Positions 26,350 to 41,403 of a stretch of DNA of 64,000 nt are shown here, one piece after another. The position numbers and the translations under genes were made by a program. The notes under the pieces are model-generated. The model saw nothing but the letters and a program-made list of their open reading frames with translations. It ran no database searches and had not been told where the DNA came from. Source of the DNA: Eledone cirrhosa (taxonomy: Eukaryota); contig OZ024753.1 of the NCBI GenBank assembly GCA_964016885.1, forward strand, positions 44,702,001-44,766,000, in the 5' to 3' direction. Each line of letters opens with the position of its first letter. The first letter of the stretch is position 1.

Positions 26350-26588
26350 AATAATTGTTTCTACGTTTGGCACAAGGCCAGAAATTACCGTGCATTACTA
26401 AAATTTACTAAAATAAAGTACCAACTTTATTTTACTAAAATAAAGTACCAACTTTATTTTATCGACCTCGTAAGGATGAAAGGCAAAGTTAACCTTGAGG
26501 GGATTTGAACTCAGACTGTAAAGGGACATAATTATGCTAGAAAGCTTGGCGTCCGACCCTTTACCGATACTGCCAATTCACCGCCCTT
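26350..26588 (-). mobile_element. tRNA-derived SINE (Nin/Deu-like) with a small internal rearrangement
   Basis: Consensus match; internal inverted and duplicated aaaataaagtacca; flanked by direct repeats actttacttaataat. Confidence 0.8.
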
Positions 26589-27537
26589 TCTTAACACTTT
26601 ACTTAATAATGTAAATCAAATATATATATGAATCCCAAATTAGAAGCCAAACTAGTATATTTGTGCCTTGCCAACATTTTAGATAATATTTGTAGAGGTC
26701 TTTTGATTTGTAAAATACCCAGGACAGATTAAGCTAAATATCAAAACATTCCTGCAACGTTGTGAAGCATTGGCACAGAAAAACTTGTTTTACTTACAGA
26801 AAAGTAATAAAACCATCTTAGCTGCATTTCCAAATAGACTTATATCATGACAAAGAAATAGATTTTCACACATTCTCCTTAGGGAAATTTTAGAAATTGC
26901 CTCCGAAATCTCCAGTAACAAATATCAAAACCTATAATGGCAGAAAAATGTAAAAGAGAGATTCAGAAATGCTGGTTAAAATCTAATCAGATGGCAAGAA
27001 AAATATGAAGCAGCTTCAAATATTTCTAACCAGAATCTCTCAAATTTTCACATTTTTACTTTATTTTTCTTCCAGATATCAAGTATTTGTGATGAATTAC
27101 TTTAAAAGTTGCTTATATAAAGGTTTAATTTACTGGTACATGTCTAATATCAGGTAAATGTTAAAATACATTAACGAGAAGTTAAAAACTTGATTATTTT
27201 GTGGAAAAGATTATTTAAGCAAATATCTTCAGAAGATTTATTTCCATCACTGAAATTAGTGGATTTCATTCTTAAAATATTGGTGCCGCCTACAGTAATC
27301 AACAAAATCACTAAATACCCTATGTACAAATGCTGGCTAAATAGTTCACAGCTGACTATGAAGGCATGATGCTAGAGCTGTGTAATCTTGCATGTATTAA
27401 CTTCAGCTCTTCTCTTCTTATTAATAACTGCATTGTTTCTCTCCAAGGACTATGTTGAAAAATAAACCTCATTTAGTCATTCCATGAGAGTATCATAGTC
27501 AGCCTATGAATCTTTCAGCCAACCCTTATTCCATATA

Positions 27538-28224
27538 TCATCATCATCATCATCATCATCAACGTTTAACGTCCGTGTTCCACGCTTGCGTGGGTTTGGA
27601 CGGGGGTATTCCCACTTGAGGCAAGAGTGATTGTCTTGCTCGCATAGGACTGTCTGGCAGGTTTTCTACAGTTGGATGCCCTTCCTAACACCAACCACAT
27701 TTACAGTGTGGGTCTGGGAGGTTTTTACCGTGTTGCCTACACGGCCACATTACAGCGTGGACTGTCTGGCAGGTTTTCTACAGTTGGATGCCCTTCCTAA
27801 CACCAACCACATTTACAGTGTGGGTCTGGGAGGTTTTTACCGTGTTGCCTACACGGCCACATTACAGCGTGGACTGTGTTTTTTTGTCGTGACACCTACA
27901 CGATCTCATTTGTTTCGGCCTGGATGTTGTGGCACCAACATAACTTTACATAGGAGGGGGTGGTGTGGATGGGAGTGTGGGTGGTGGGACGGGGGTGTAT
28001 TTTGTTAGAGATGCCTACTGGCTGTAGTAGGTTTTACTATGTATTGAGGTAAGGCGGGTCTTCTCTATTACTGAGTACCGCCAAAGGTCTCGGTCCAGTG
28101 ACATTGTCTTGGAGAGGTGTAAGTGTGTGAGGTCGGAGTTTATCAGCTCGTCCCAGGATTTTCTAGGTCTGCCTATTCCGTGGCTACCGTCTATCTTTAT
28201 TGCCCTGCACTTTGTTATACAGCT
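27538..28224 (-). mobile_element. 5'-truncated RTE LINE (ORF C-terminus and 3' UTR with internal duplication)
   Basis: Reverse complement translates to SCITKCRAIKIDGSHGIGRPRKSWDELINSDL...DRDLWR; (gat)n tail. Confidence 0.85.
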
Positions 28225-28296
28225 ATATATATATAGATGAGATTCTACAGGACTAGAACTGTTTCATTCTTTAGAAATCATCATATATATATATAG

Positions 28297-28356
28297 TATT
28301 TTATCTGATGAATGCATACTATAATTTAGTATCCTTGAAATATGTATAACAAAATA
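28297..28356 (+). ncRNA. Minimal hammerhead, family A-related variant
   Basis: TATTTTAT-CTGATGA-atgcatacta/tagtatcctt-GAAA-tatgta-TA-acaaaata; a different but still paired stem II. Confidence 0.7.
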
Positions 28357-28384
28357 AATATGATGCTTTAGTGATATATTTTCG

Positions 28385-28438
<54 letters not shown>

Positions 28439-28439
28439 A

Positions 28440-28636
28440 GGGTGTTGGGTTGGCAGTATCGGTAGAGGGTCAGACGCCATGCTTTGATACATAGAGTTAC
28501 GGCCCTTGCCATTCTGAGTTCAAATCCCACCAAGGTTAACTTTGCTTTTCATCCTTATGGGGTCAATAAAATAAAGTACCAGTAATGCACTGGGTAATTT
28601 CTGACCTTGTGCCAAAAGTAGAAACAATTATTATTA
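28440..28636 (+). mobile_element. tRNA-derived SINE (Nin/Deu-like)
   Basis: Consensus match in a (TTA)n context. Confidence 0.85.
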
Positions 28637-29384
28637 TAAATATATATATATATCTATCATAATATGCTATCTATGTATGTGATAGGTTATTTAATAACAA
28701 TATACAAAATATCAACTTAATCCTATGTTAGTTTAAATTATAGAATATATTAAGTTCAATAAAAAAAAACTGCAAGATTATATTGCTGTAAGTAAAATCC
28801 TAACGTATTGGAAAACCATTTTGGAAAACCAACGCTGAATAATTTTAATATCGAACAATATTCCACTGCAATAATTATGAAAGGGTTTAAAACCTTTGAA
28901 AAGAAACTAAGTCTCTCTGAACTGCCTTTAGTTTTAATGGAACAATTCTGAAGGGGTTTAAAACTTTTGAAAAGAAATTAATTCTCACTAAAATTGCCTC
29001 TAATTTTAATGGAGTAATTAAGAAATAAGTTTGCCAGTTTACATTTGAGTTTGAATATTGGCAACTGAAAATTGAAAAGAAAATCACCTAAAAGTGAATA
29101 AACCATAAAAGATTATAAAGAAGATGGTTCCATTAGAAGTTTCTAAACGACAATAAATTTCTGCTTAATTTTCCAAGTTTCAAGCAAGCCCTTCCAAAAT
29201 TCTGTTATTAGTTTCAGTCACTAAACCGCTGGAGCATCACCTTCATTTACTCAGTCATGTCAACCCTGGTTATTATTTTAAAAGATCTACTACTTATTTT
29301 ATCAATATCTTTTCTATCAAACCCAGAACTATATAGTTGTAAAGTGAACTTTTTGTTGCTATTTTGAAAATATTTTTTTTTATG

Positions 29385-29640
29385 GGTACAAAGATCTCTG
29401 TGTTGTGAAGACATTGGTTGGCTCAAATATGGTTGTGTTGTGAAGATGTCTGTTGGTACAATGATGGTTGTGTTGTGAAGATGTATGCTAGTATAAAGAT
29501 GGTTGTGTTGTGAAGATGTTGGCTGGTACAAAGATGGCTGTGTTGTTATGATGTATGCTGGTACAGTGATGGTTGTGCTGTTAAGACATTGACTGGTACA
29601 AATATGGGTGTGTTGTTAAGATGCTTGTTGGTACAATGGT
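29385..29640. repeat. Diverged ~35-bp minisatellite (ggttgtgttgtgaagatg...ggtaca)
   Basis: About 7 units. Confidence 0.75.
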
Positions 29641-30277
29641 CGTGATGATGATGATGATGATGATGATGACAGTGATGTTGATAAGAGAGAGTGAGAGTAT
29701 GGTCTTATTTATCAACATCGTATTTTACAGAACAACTTCAACTTTAGTGTAACTGTTCCTTCACCAGGAAGTCCAAAGCTATAACTCTCATATAACCTCA
29801 TTTTTTACACAGAAGTATTTTGCTTCTTATAAATTACAAGTGCAATCATTAAAAGGCATAAATTGCTCTTACTGGGTTATTTCTTAAGATTTCAGGTCTC
29901 TTGAGTGATGTTGACATCTGCCAGTCTATCATATTTTATTAATAGCAACTAAAATAAAATAAAGACATCACTACATTCTCTGAATTGTCCTATGAGAAGT
30001 CAATAGAAATCTGAACAACATAAACCTTTCAAACACTGTATAACTTCTTGGACAAATAGCAATCAAAAGAGTCATAAATACTTCTTTCTTTTCACTTCCT
30101 ATTCTTACTTTCAACCTCGGTACCCACCTCACACGACAAAATGTTGCGTATTTCATCTCACTTGCTTTATATTAAGAAGAAATATGACATAAATAAAATG
30201 TATTTGCCAAGAATTATATCAGTTAAGATATTTGGCAGCAAGAGAGATAGAGCAGTAAGTTATTGCCACTATGAAGA

Positions 30278-30343
30278 TATATGTGTGTATATATATATAT
30301 ATATACATACACACATATATATATATATGTGTGTGTGTGTGTG

Positions 30344-30384
<41 letters not shown>

Positions 30385-30395
30385 GCACACACACA

Positions 30396-30482
<87 letters not shown>

Positions 30483-30793
30483 GCACACACATATATGTGT
30501 GTATACATATATACATACATACACACATATGTATGCGTACATATATATATATATATATATATACACATACATACACATATATATATATGCGTATGTATAT
30601 ATGTATATGTATTTGTATATATACGTCTGTATGTAGATATGTATATGTATTTGTATATATATATATATATGTATATATGTTTGTATGTATATGTATATAT
30701 GTATGTTTGTATATATATATGTATGTATATATGTATATATGTGTGTACGTATATGTATGTATATATGTGTATGTATATATATATATATATACG

Positions 30794-30845
<52 letters not shown>

Positions 30846-31250
30846 TATATATATATGTATATATGTATGTATAAATGTATGTATATATATATATATGTAT
30901 GTATATGTATATATGTATATAAATATATATATATGTATGTATGTATATGTATATATGTATATAAATATATATATGTATGTATGTATATATGTATATAAAT
31001 ATATATATGTATGTATGTATGTATGTATATATATATGTATGTATGTATATGTATATATGTATATATATATATTTATTAAAATAACAGATTTTAGTCTTGA
31101 AATTTATTTTTATTACTATATATATATATATGTATGTATGTATGTATATTATATGTATATATATATATATATGTATCTATGTATGTATATATATATATGT
31201 ATATATATATATGTATATATGTATATGTATATATATATGTATATATATAA
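30278..31250. repeat. (TA/TATG)n compound microsatellite
   Basis: Direct reading. Confidence 0.9.
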
Positions 31251-31900
31251 GCACATTTTACATGAAATACATCTGCTTATGCTTCAAAATATACTATAGT
31301 ATAATATAATATAAAGTTTGAATATTCCCTCCAGATTTTCCATGGTGTATTCCATAGATGGCGTGATTGATGGATATTTCATATATGACTGTAAATTTTG
31401 GATTTAAATCTAAAAGACAAGGTGTAGAAAGATTTCCAAAATCTTTGGAGACAGAGTAAAGTTAATGGAAATATTCTTGGCATCAACGCATAGATTGATC
31501 ATGCAGTGTTATTTAGTTACATAAGTTAATATCTATGTCTTTAGCATCTGGAAGATTTCTCTATAGTCAGCATTATATAACAAAGTTTTATGATGAAATA
31601 TTTTATTATTATTATTTTTATTATTACTCTGAGTATATGCCTGTAAATTGAAGGTGGAAAACTGGGAGAGGACAATTGCCCTGGGGGTCAGGGTCACCGT
31701 GGCTTTTTTTCAATGGGCTTTCTCCACGATGGCTCTCGGAAGTCTCCCCCCTATTGGGGAATTTTTCATTGTTCTATTATTACATCCTCTGTTTTTTTTT
31801 TGTTTTTTACACGCAGAAATACCCATTTGTACCGTCCTGTATTGTCCTGTACTGTCCTTAATGGCTACTTTATGTAAACCCTCGTGGTTAATAAAGAAAG

Positions 31901-31929
<29 letters not shown>

Positions 31930-31935
<6 letters not shown>

Positions 31936-32182
31936 GTAATGCACTGGGTAATTGCTGGCCTTGTGCCTAAAGTAGAAACAATTATTATTATTATTATTAT
32001 TATAGTATCGGTAGAGGGTCGGACGCTATGCTTTGACGTATAGAGTTACGGCCCTTGCCATTTTGAGTTCAAATCCCACCGAGGTTAACTTTGCCTTTTA
32101 TCCTTACAGGGTCGATAAAATAAAGTACCAGTAATGCTCTGGGTAATTTCTGGTCTTGTGCCTAACGTAGAAACAATTATTT
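31930..32182 (+). mobile_element. Nin/Deu-like SINE: 3' fragment plus near-full copy in (TTA)n
   Basis: Consensus match. Confidence 0.8.
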
Positions 32183-32512
32183 TATTTTAACTTTTTTTTT
32201 TATTTCAACATACCAAGCACAGGTCATATTCAGTTTCTTCATTATTATTATATCATCATCATTATTATCACCACCACTACCATCACCATCATCAGCCTTA
32301 CCATCACCCCATTACCACCACCATCAGCAGCATCAGCCTCACCATCACAACCACCACCACCAGCTTCACCATCATCATCACCACCGCTACCGCCACCACC
32401 ATCATCATCAGACTCAGCCTCACCATCACCATCGTCATCACCACTACTACTACCACCACCATCATCATCACCACCACCACCACCATCAAATTTAATTTTA
32501 AAAAGTCATTAA

Positions 32513-33440
32513 TGCTTTAACATTTACATTACTCTATATATACTATTGTATTTTCACAGTAAAGGCTTTACCTCACATAATATCTCACATACCATTTACA
32601 TTACTCTATATATACTATTGTATTTTCACAGTAAAGGCTTTACCTCACATAATATCTCACATAACATTTACATTACTCTATATATACTATTGTATTTTCA
32701 CAGTAAAGGCTTTACCTCAGATAATACCTCACATAACATTTACATTACTCTATATATACTATTGTATTTTCACAGTAAAGGCTTTACCTCACATAATATC
32801 TCACATAACATTTACATTACTCTATATATACTATTGTATTTTCACAGTAAAGGCTTTACCTCAGATAATACCTCACATAACATTTACATTACTCTATATA
32901 TACTATTGTATTTTCACAGTAAAGGCTTTACCTCACATAATATCTCACATACCATTTACATTACTCTATATATACTATTGTATTTTCACAGTAAAGGCTT
33001 TACCTCACATAATATCTCACATAACATTTACATTACTCTATATATACTATTGTATTTTCACAGTAAAGGCTTTACCTCAGATAATACCTCACATAACATT
33101 TACATTACTCTATATATACTATTGTATTTTCACAGTAAAGGCTTTACCTCACATAATATCTCACATAACATTTACATTACTCTATATATACTATTGTATT
33201 TTCACAGTAAAGGCTTTACCTCAGATAATACCTCACATAACATTTACATTACTCTATATATACTATTGTATTTTCACAGTAAAGGCTTTACCTCACATAA
33301 TATCGAATCTATGAGATTACGATATTGTTTATTTTGAGAACAATACCTTAACATCATTATGAGCAGCTGGTTACAGCCAGTTTGAACAGAAAGAGGTGAG
33401 GGAATTCTGGCCGGATATGGGCAGTTTAAATGCTAAAGTG
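32513..33440 (+). mobile_element. piggyBac-like MITE expanded by a 60-bp minisatellite
   Basis: TTAA on both sides; colinear with the unexpanded copy at 49528-49745. Confidence 0.8.
32521..33303. repeat. 60-bp minisatellite, 13 units, with 120/360-bp higher-order variants
   Basis: Direct reading. Confidence 0.95.
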
Positions 33441-33684
33441 TTAACTGAGGTAGCCATAGGAAATGTAATCTGTTTAGGTGGGTAGACATTTTAAATAAAA
33501 CTGATTCAAGCCAAGGAGGACTTTAGGTGTTGACAGACAAGCCCTCAAGTTCTGGTGGTATATAATAAAATGTACCCAGTCCATACTGTAAAGAGGTCAG
33601 TGGTGGAAAGAGGACACAGCCAGAAAAACCATGTCAAACCCATGCAAGCATGGAAAATGAACATAAAATGCTGCTACTCCTGCT

Positions 33685-33702
33685 AATGATGATGCTGGGG
33701 AA

Positions 33703-33744
<42 letters not shown>

Positions 33745-34746
33745 ATTGTTGATGATGATTATGATGATAATGATGATGATGATATTGTTGATGATGATTA
33801 TGATGATAATAATGATGGTGTTGATAATAATGATGATGATGATAATGATGATTATGATGATTATGATGATGATGTCGATAATGATGATGATGATAATGAT
33901 TATAATGATGATTATGATGATTATGATGATGTCGATAATGATGATGATTATAATGATGTTGATAATTATGTAAAATATGTTGATGATGATGATATTTATA
34001 ATGATCATTATGATGATGATGATGATGATGATGATATTGTTGATGATAATTATGATGATGATGATGATCATGATGATGTTGTTGAGGATGTTGATGTTGA
34101 TAATTATGTTGATGTCGATGATGATGATGATGATATTTATAATGTTCATTAGGAGGATGATGATGATGATGATGATGTTGATAATTATGTTGATGTCGAT
34201 GATGATGATTTTTATAATGTTCATTAGGATGATGATGATGATGATGATGATGTTGATAATTATGTTGATGTCGATGATGATGATATTTATAATGTTCATT
34301 AGGATGATGATGATGATGATGATGATGTTGATAATTATGTTGATGTCGATGATGATGATTTTTATAATGTTCATTAGGATGATGATGATGATGATGATGA
34401 TGTTGATAATTATGTTGATGTCGATGATGATGATTTTTATAATGTTCATTAGGATGATGATGATGATGATGATGATGTTGATAATTATGTTGATGTCGAT
34501 GATGATGATATTTATAATGTTCATTAGGATGATGATGATGATGATGATGATGTTGATAATTATGTTGATGTCGATGATGATGATTTTTATAATGTTCATT
34601 AGGATGATGATGATGATGATGATGATGTTGATAATTATGTTGATGTCGATGATGATGATTTTTATAATGTTCATTAGGATGATGATGATGATGATGATGT
34701 TGATAATTATGTTGATGTCGATGATGATGATATTTATAATGTTCAT

Positions 34747-34777
<31 letters not shown>

Positions 34778-34862
34778 TTCATAATTATGTTGATGTCGAT
34801 GATGATGATGATGATATTTATAATGATCATTAGGATAATGATGATGATGATGATGATGATGA
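33685..34862. repeat. (GAT)n satellite evolving into a 75-bp unit
   Basis: gttcattagg anchors spaced ~75 bp apart from 34144 to ~34830. Confidence 0.9.
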
Positions 34863-35284
34863 GAGAATATGACAAGTAATGTTTTCTCATGAATTGCTTA
34901 TAGAAAACAATAATATGTCGGAAATATGTTCACGCAAAGATATCCCAGGTCTGAGATATTAAATCACAGCTATTCAACAGTTATAGCTTTAATGATATTA
35001 AGTTTTGTAATATGAGATAATGGTATAACCATTTGTCAGTGATGTTAAAGTAATAGATATTGTTGATCTCGCTTTCATTGGGAGAATATTGAATATAAGA
35101 TATTGCTGCTTCCATCGCCATCTTCTTCTTCTTCCTCGTCTTCGTCTTCGTCTTCGTCTTCGTCATTTCTTGTCAACATATAGTCAGCTCCATCATGTAT
35201 CTAGCTATTGTAATGAGGTAATAAAGCTGGCTATATTGATAGATGTACATTACATTCATTGGTTCCAAAACAATACATACCTGT

Positions 35285-35287
<3 letters not shown>

Positions 35288-35328
<41 letters not shown>

Positions 35329-35358
35329 TGGGTCTGTCTGTGTTTGCCTTTGTGTGTG

Positions 35359-35408
<50 letters not shown>

Positions 35409-35447
35409 CTGGGTCTGTCTGTGTTTGCCTGTGTTTGCCTTTGTGTG

Positions 35448-35490
<43 letters not shown>

Positions 35491-35530
35491 TGGGTCTGTC
35501 TGTGTTTGCCTGTGTTTGCCTTTGTGTGTG

Positions 35531-35566
<36 letters not shown>

Positions 35567-36067
35567 GTGTGTACCTATGTGTGTAAGTAAGAGTGTGTAT
35601 GTGTATTATATATATATATATATGTGTGTGTGTATGAATGTGTGTTTATGAGTGAAAGAAAGAGAGAGCAAGTGTGTATGTAGATGTATATTATTTATAT
35701 GGTCATGTTATATTTATGCATCATATATTAGTATGTATATAATGTGTGTCATATGTATATAATAATAATAATAATACATGTGCGTGCAATGATGTTATGT
35801 ATATATATATTATATTGGTATATATATATTTATTACATTGGTATATATATATATGTATATATATATATTTATTACATTGGTATATATATATGTGTGTATA
35901 TATATTTATTATATTGGTATATATATATATATTTATTACATTGGTATATATATGTATATATATATATATAAATATATTTATTACATTGGTACATATATAT
36001 GTGTGTATATATATTTAGTACATTAGTATACATATATATATATATGTGTACATATATTTATTATATT

Positions 36068-36150
<83 letters not shown>
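35288..36150. repeat. TA-based compound repeats (gtctgggtctgtctgtgtttgcc and ttattacattggta anchors)
   Basis: Direct reading. Confidence 0.85.
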
Positions 36151-36504
36151 CATATTGATATATATTATACACCAGTAAAACTTTTATCTATTTTACAACT
36201 CCAATCAAACCAAGCGAGATAGTCAAATAATTATATTTTACATCATTTAGGATGTCAGTTACAAATAAATGTCATGTGGTTATGGTCTTTGAGGACTCTC
36301 CTGAGAATCTCTATTGTCATGGAGTGTGGCTAAGTGGTTAGGGTGTTTGACTTGCAATCAAAAGGTCATGGTTTCAGTTAGTGGAGACATAGCAATATTT
36401 TTGTGTTCTTGAGCAAGATACTTCATTTCATATGGGCCTTTATGTTCTAACTTCCAATTCCACTGAGGTTAGCTTTGCCTTCCATTTTAGTAGAGTGGAT
36501 AAAA

Positions 36505-36678
36505 TAATTGTTTCTACTGTTGGCACAAGGCCAGCAATTACCCCAGTGCATTACTGGTACTTTATTTTATCGACCCCCGTAAGGATGAAAGGCAAAGTTA
36601 ACTTCGGTGGGATTTGAACTCAGAATGGCAAGGGCCGTAACTCTATGCGTCAAAGCATGGAGTCCGACCTTCTACCGA
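36505..36678 (-). mobile_element. Young Nin/Deu-like SINE nested in an older SINE
   Basis: Flanked by tagagtggataaaataat / tagtggataaaataat duplication; the host SINE resumes afterwards (gtaccagtaatacactggg). Confidence 0.75.
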
Positions 36679-36796
36679 TACTGCCAATCCACCGACCTTA
36701 TAGTGGATAAAATAATGTACCAGTAATACACTGGGTTGATTTAATCAGTTTTCTGCTCCACCAAAATGGTGTGCCTTTTGCCTAAATCAGAACGAT

Positions 36797-36988
36797 TTGG
36801 CAGAATCGGTAGAGCGTCAGACAACATAGTTCAGGTCCTTTACATTCTGAGTTCAAATCCTGCCGAGGTTAGCTTTGCCTTTCATCCTTTTGGGGTCGAT
36901 AAAATAAAGTACCAGTAATACACTGGGGTCGATTTAATTGACTTTCCCCCTCTCTCTTAATTGCTGGCCTTGTGCCTAAATCAGAAAC

Positions 36989-37030
<42 letters not shown>
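36797..37030 (+). mobile_element. Nin/Deu-like SINE
   Basis: Consensus match with (TTA)n tail. Confidence 0.8.
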
Positions 37031-38044
37031 GCAAAAGGGAGTAACATAAATTTAAAAAAAATGAATCATTATCATAATTGTTGCTGTTGTTGTTGTTGTT
37101 GTTGTTTGTAATTGATTTGCATGAAAAAAATAATAAATTATTCTAGCTGTGTTGGGGGTGGGGGGTAGATGACTTTAACAACATCAACAACAACAATAAC
37201 CTCAACATAAACAACACCTATAACAACATTAAGAATAACAACAACAACAACAATAACATCGACAATAACATCATCAACAATTATAACAATAACTAAACAA
37301 CAACAACAACAACATCATCGACAATAATTATAACAACAACAACATCAATAACAACTACCAACAATGATATGTTATACATGTTGACACCAACTAAAATATT
37401 CACTTGTTTCTGCTAACAACTACTTTATTTGACATCTGTGATGAGAATGAGGAGTGGTGGGCCTGGGGGGGGGGGGGGGGCTGGAAGGAGTGGTGGTGGT
37501 GGTGGGTCTGGGAGGAGTAGTAGTGAGAAGAGGGTGGAGTATTCTTAATGGAAACAATAATGATGATTGGAAATGATTTATTTTCATAAATGTTTAAAAT
37601 AAATTTCTAGGCCTTCTCCTATTATTATTATTATTGTTATTTTTTCTTTAGAAAGAAGGAAGATCATTGAAATTATAGCAATATCTTGTAACTGATGGAC
37701 AGTTATTTCCATTAGCTCCACATTCTAACATTTAAAAGTGCTTTGCATAACAATAAAATGGCAAACAAATTTACCATATCAAAAGAATTTAACCCTTTAG
37801 CATTTAAACCGACCGTATCCTGCCATAATTCTCTCATCTACAAGGTTTAGCTGGAATATTCATAGGCTGTCCAAGGTACTCTCATTCTACCCATCTCTTA
37901 CTATTATAAGCAAATGGGAGCCCATGTTCTAGCAACCTGTGGCCCCAGCAGACAGAATAGAGAAGGCATGTTTTCCCCCCAGAGTATGGTAAATTGAATT
38001 CCTTCTGTATGACTGTCTCTAAACACTTACATTCGCCTGCCTCA

Positions 38045-38575
38045 ATGCATTCAGAACATAAACTGGCGACATCTGGCTTTTTAGAGATATATATGCTGGC
38101 CTCCAACGCATATCTGTTGTACATAAAAGGAGAGTAAGATTTGCTGGCCACTGCCATCGTGCCACCTCTGAGGCTGTGTCCCCATTAGTGATTTGGAAAC
38201 CACAAGCAGTCACTAATAACAGGTGTCGCAATCTCTCCTATCCCGATTTACTGGCCACTGTCATCGTGCCACCTCTGAGGCTGTGTCCCCATTAGTGATT
38301 TGGAAACCACAAGCAGTCACTAATAGCAGGGGTTGCAAGCTCTCCTATCCCAATTTACTGGCCACTGCCATCGTGCCACCTCTGAGGCTGTCTCCCTACT
38401 AGTGCTTTGTAATCCCCAAGCAGTCACTAATAACAAGGGATGCAAGCTCTCCTATCCCAATGTCATCACCAGAGATTCTGGTACTGAAATCCAGGACTTG
38501 GCAACGGCAATGAACAACAGACCCACGTGGAAATCAATTGTTGAATCCATTTCAGCTGAGGCCACCGGATGATGA
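38045..38575 (+). mobile_element. RTE LINE 3' end with a triplicated ~112-bp coding segment
   Basis: RRVRFAGHCHRATSEAVSPLVIWKP...LSYPNVITRDSG...MNNRPTWKSIVESISAEATG*. Confidence 0.8.
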
Positions 38576-38690
38576 AACATTTAATAGCAGGCTGAGTGAT
38601 CCTCATTGTACCGACTTTTTAAACTTATCTGCCATTTATTACAAATCTTACAATGCTTTGTATTAACTATAGTACTTTATACACACACAC

Positions 38691-38740
<50 letters not shown>

Positions 38741-39270
38741 CTGATTAGTTTCAGAAAGCCAATACAAATATTTGAAGGGCAAAAGATGACAAATAAAATA
38801 ATATATTACCCAGTATATTTCAATATATTTCAGGGTTATTGCCTTCTTTTCAAATGTACTTTGTTTTGTTTTATTTGTCATCCTTTGCCCTTTATATATG
38901 TCTACCACATTCTACCAGCTTTCTGAAATTTATCAGTCATTTATTACATATTTCACACGGCTTCATATTAACTATACTACTTTAAATGTTATAATAATAA
39001 TTCTTTATTTATTAGCCCCAAGGGCAATATAACTACACAATGTTAGGGTAAAATAACACAGATAAATACTTTTGGGTATAACAACTCTGAACAGAAAAGC
39101 AAGATGAATGTTTTCTCTTTGTCAGATTTTGTTGTTTATTTTGTAAAGTTATGAAAAAAACTTTTTTTCGGTCACCTGATCATAATTTGTCAGCACCATC
39201 GAATACATTTGGAAAACTGCCAACTTGTTGCTGTGCAGACATGTATTTCAGTACACATACACAAGCATAT

Positions 39271-39310
<40 letters not shown>

Positions 39311-39779
39311 GCAAGCTACACACACACACACATAGATCTATGTAGCTCTCTCTCTCTCTCTTAGGAGGGATGCAGGCTACATCACCACCATGTCCCATTG
39401 TCAATGAACATTATGATGTATAGGACACTATAAACCAGAACATTTATAGCATATTCAGTAAATTAATGTCCATTTAATGGCAGCTAAGTTCCTAGCAGAG
39501 GGTTGCTGTATTTGGTGGAGCTGTTAAAGTCATGTTTTACCTACAGGGGGGTTCTATATGTGAAGGGAAGGGCTCAGTAAGTCACCAGAATGATAAATGG
39601 AGAGATGAAGTAAAACAGAGGGAGAGACATAATAAAGAATATTTGAACAGGAATTTCATTATAATTCTAAAGGAAGTAAATTTGTTTGAAACTGTGGAGC
39701 AAGGGGGAAGAAAGAGACAGAGGATAGGGGGAAGAAGGATTAACTGAGGAAAGTGAAATATTGGTTGAGGAAGTAGTTG

Positions 39780-40045
39780 TAGAGGAAGACCTGGGCTGAA
39801 GTAGTGAAAGCTGATCTCAAAATATTTGATCTTAACAGAGATAATATTGGTCAAACTGAAGTGGAGGGAAGCTGCAGAAGAGGAAGACCTGGGCTTCTCA
39901 AAATATTTGATCTTAACAGAGATAATATTGGTCAAACTGAAGTGGAGGGAAGCTGCAGAAGAGGAAGACCTGGGCTGAAGTAGTGAAAGCTGATCTCAAA
40001 ATATTTGATCTTAACAGAGATAATATTGGACAAACTAAAGTGGAA
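39780..40045. repeat. Three tandem ~80-100-bp units
   Basis: tctcaaaatatttgatcttaacagagataatattgg occurs three times. Confidence 0.85.
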
Positions 40046-40290
40046 GTGAGGGAGTCTGTGCTGGAAAAGATCTGTCCAACTCATTCAAACCTCAGAGAAG
40101 CAGGTATGTGATGATGATGATGATAAAAGTAGAATCTAGATTGAGGCAACATATAAAAGGATTGTTGGTGAAGGCAGGTCAACAAGCATTTTAAAGACGC
40201 CGATATTTAATGACAAGGAATAGAATATTATTTGCTATTATAATGGATAGAAAGGAACATCAAGTTTCTCTTCTCACAAGACAGGAAAGA

Positions 40291-40344
<54 letters not shown>

Positions 40345-40422
40345 ACACACACATACACATATATATATACACACAGGAGCATCAAGTTTCTCTTCTCACA
40401 AGACAGGAAAGAGGACACACAC

Positions 40423-40453
<31 letters not shown>

Positions 40454-40726
40454 CACACACACATATTCACACTTTCATACATATGTATACACTGATGCAC
40501 ATAAACACCCAATATATACACATATACATGCACACAAATTTATACATACAAACAATTGCATACACACACACTCACACACACACTCACATACATCATACTT
40601 TGAAGGTTATCTTCATCCAATCCAGCCACAAGAAATCTTCAATAAAGACCTTCTGCATAAACTATAAAAAGCAAAAAAAAAAAAAAAAAAAAAAAAATCA
40701 CCAATGATAAATAAAAACAAAAAACC

Positions 40727-41050
40727 GAAGACATTAACTTCACCATTGCCAACTGTGAGAAAATGTCGACGAGATTCTATCTTGCCATGAGGCATGATGT
40801 GGTAGCCAGAACAATCTGGAAGAAAATAAGCAATCATTGATACAATGAATAAAAGACACACACATTGGAAGTGTTAGATCAAAAGAATATTGGTGAGTCT
40901 AAAAATAACTGCAATGAAATTAAAATACCACTGACCTGATATTGTTGTTTAGAAGAAAATCTAAAAGAAGAAAAAAGAACCAAAATAGGATGCCATCAAC
41001 TGAGCTGCACAGTTGACATTAATGTGATAAAAAATGTAAGGGAAAAAATA
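40727..41050 (+). pseudogene. Decayed RLE-type (R4/NeSL-like) non-LTR retrotransposon fragment
   Basis: EDINFTIANCEKMSTRFYLAMRHDVVARTIW...PDIVV...LSCTVDINV, with stops and frameshifts. Confidence 0.65.
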
Positions 41051-41214
41051 TATTTAGAAACCAGAATCTCTTATACAAAGAAGTACTTTGACTGAAAGGA
41101 GAAAGTTCCTTCCTCTATCACATATATTTATCATTATTCTAGATTTCATATAATAGATTAGTAGCTAGTATGACTCTTACATTCTATTTCAATTAATTAA
41201 TGAAGAATTTTGAA

Positions 41215-41403
41215 GGGTTTACTTAAATTAATAATTATTCCTTTACTAATGATTTGGATTGGGGTTTACTTAAATTAATAATTATTCCTTTACTAATGAT
41301 TTGGATTGGGGTTTACTTAAATTAATAATTATTCCTTTACTAATGATTTGGATTGGGGTTTACTTAAATTAATAATTATTTCTTTACTAAGCATTTGGAT
41401 TGG
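41215..41403. repeat. 47-bp tandem repeat x4
   Basis: gggtttacttaaattaataattattcctttactaatgatttggattg. Confidence 0.9.

Noticed and set aside
33634-34890. Poly-Ile and poly-Met ORFs
   Set aside because: (GAT)n satellite artefacts.
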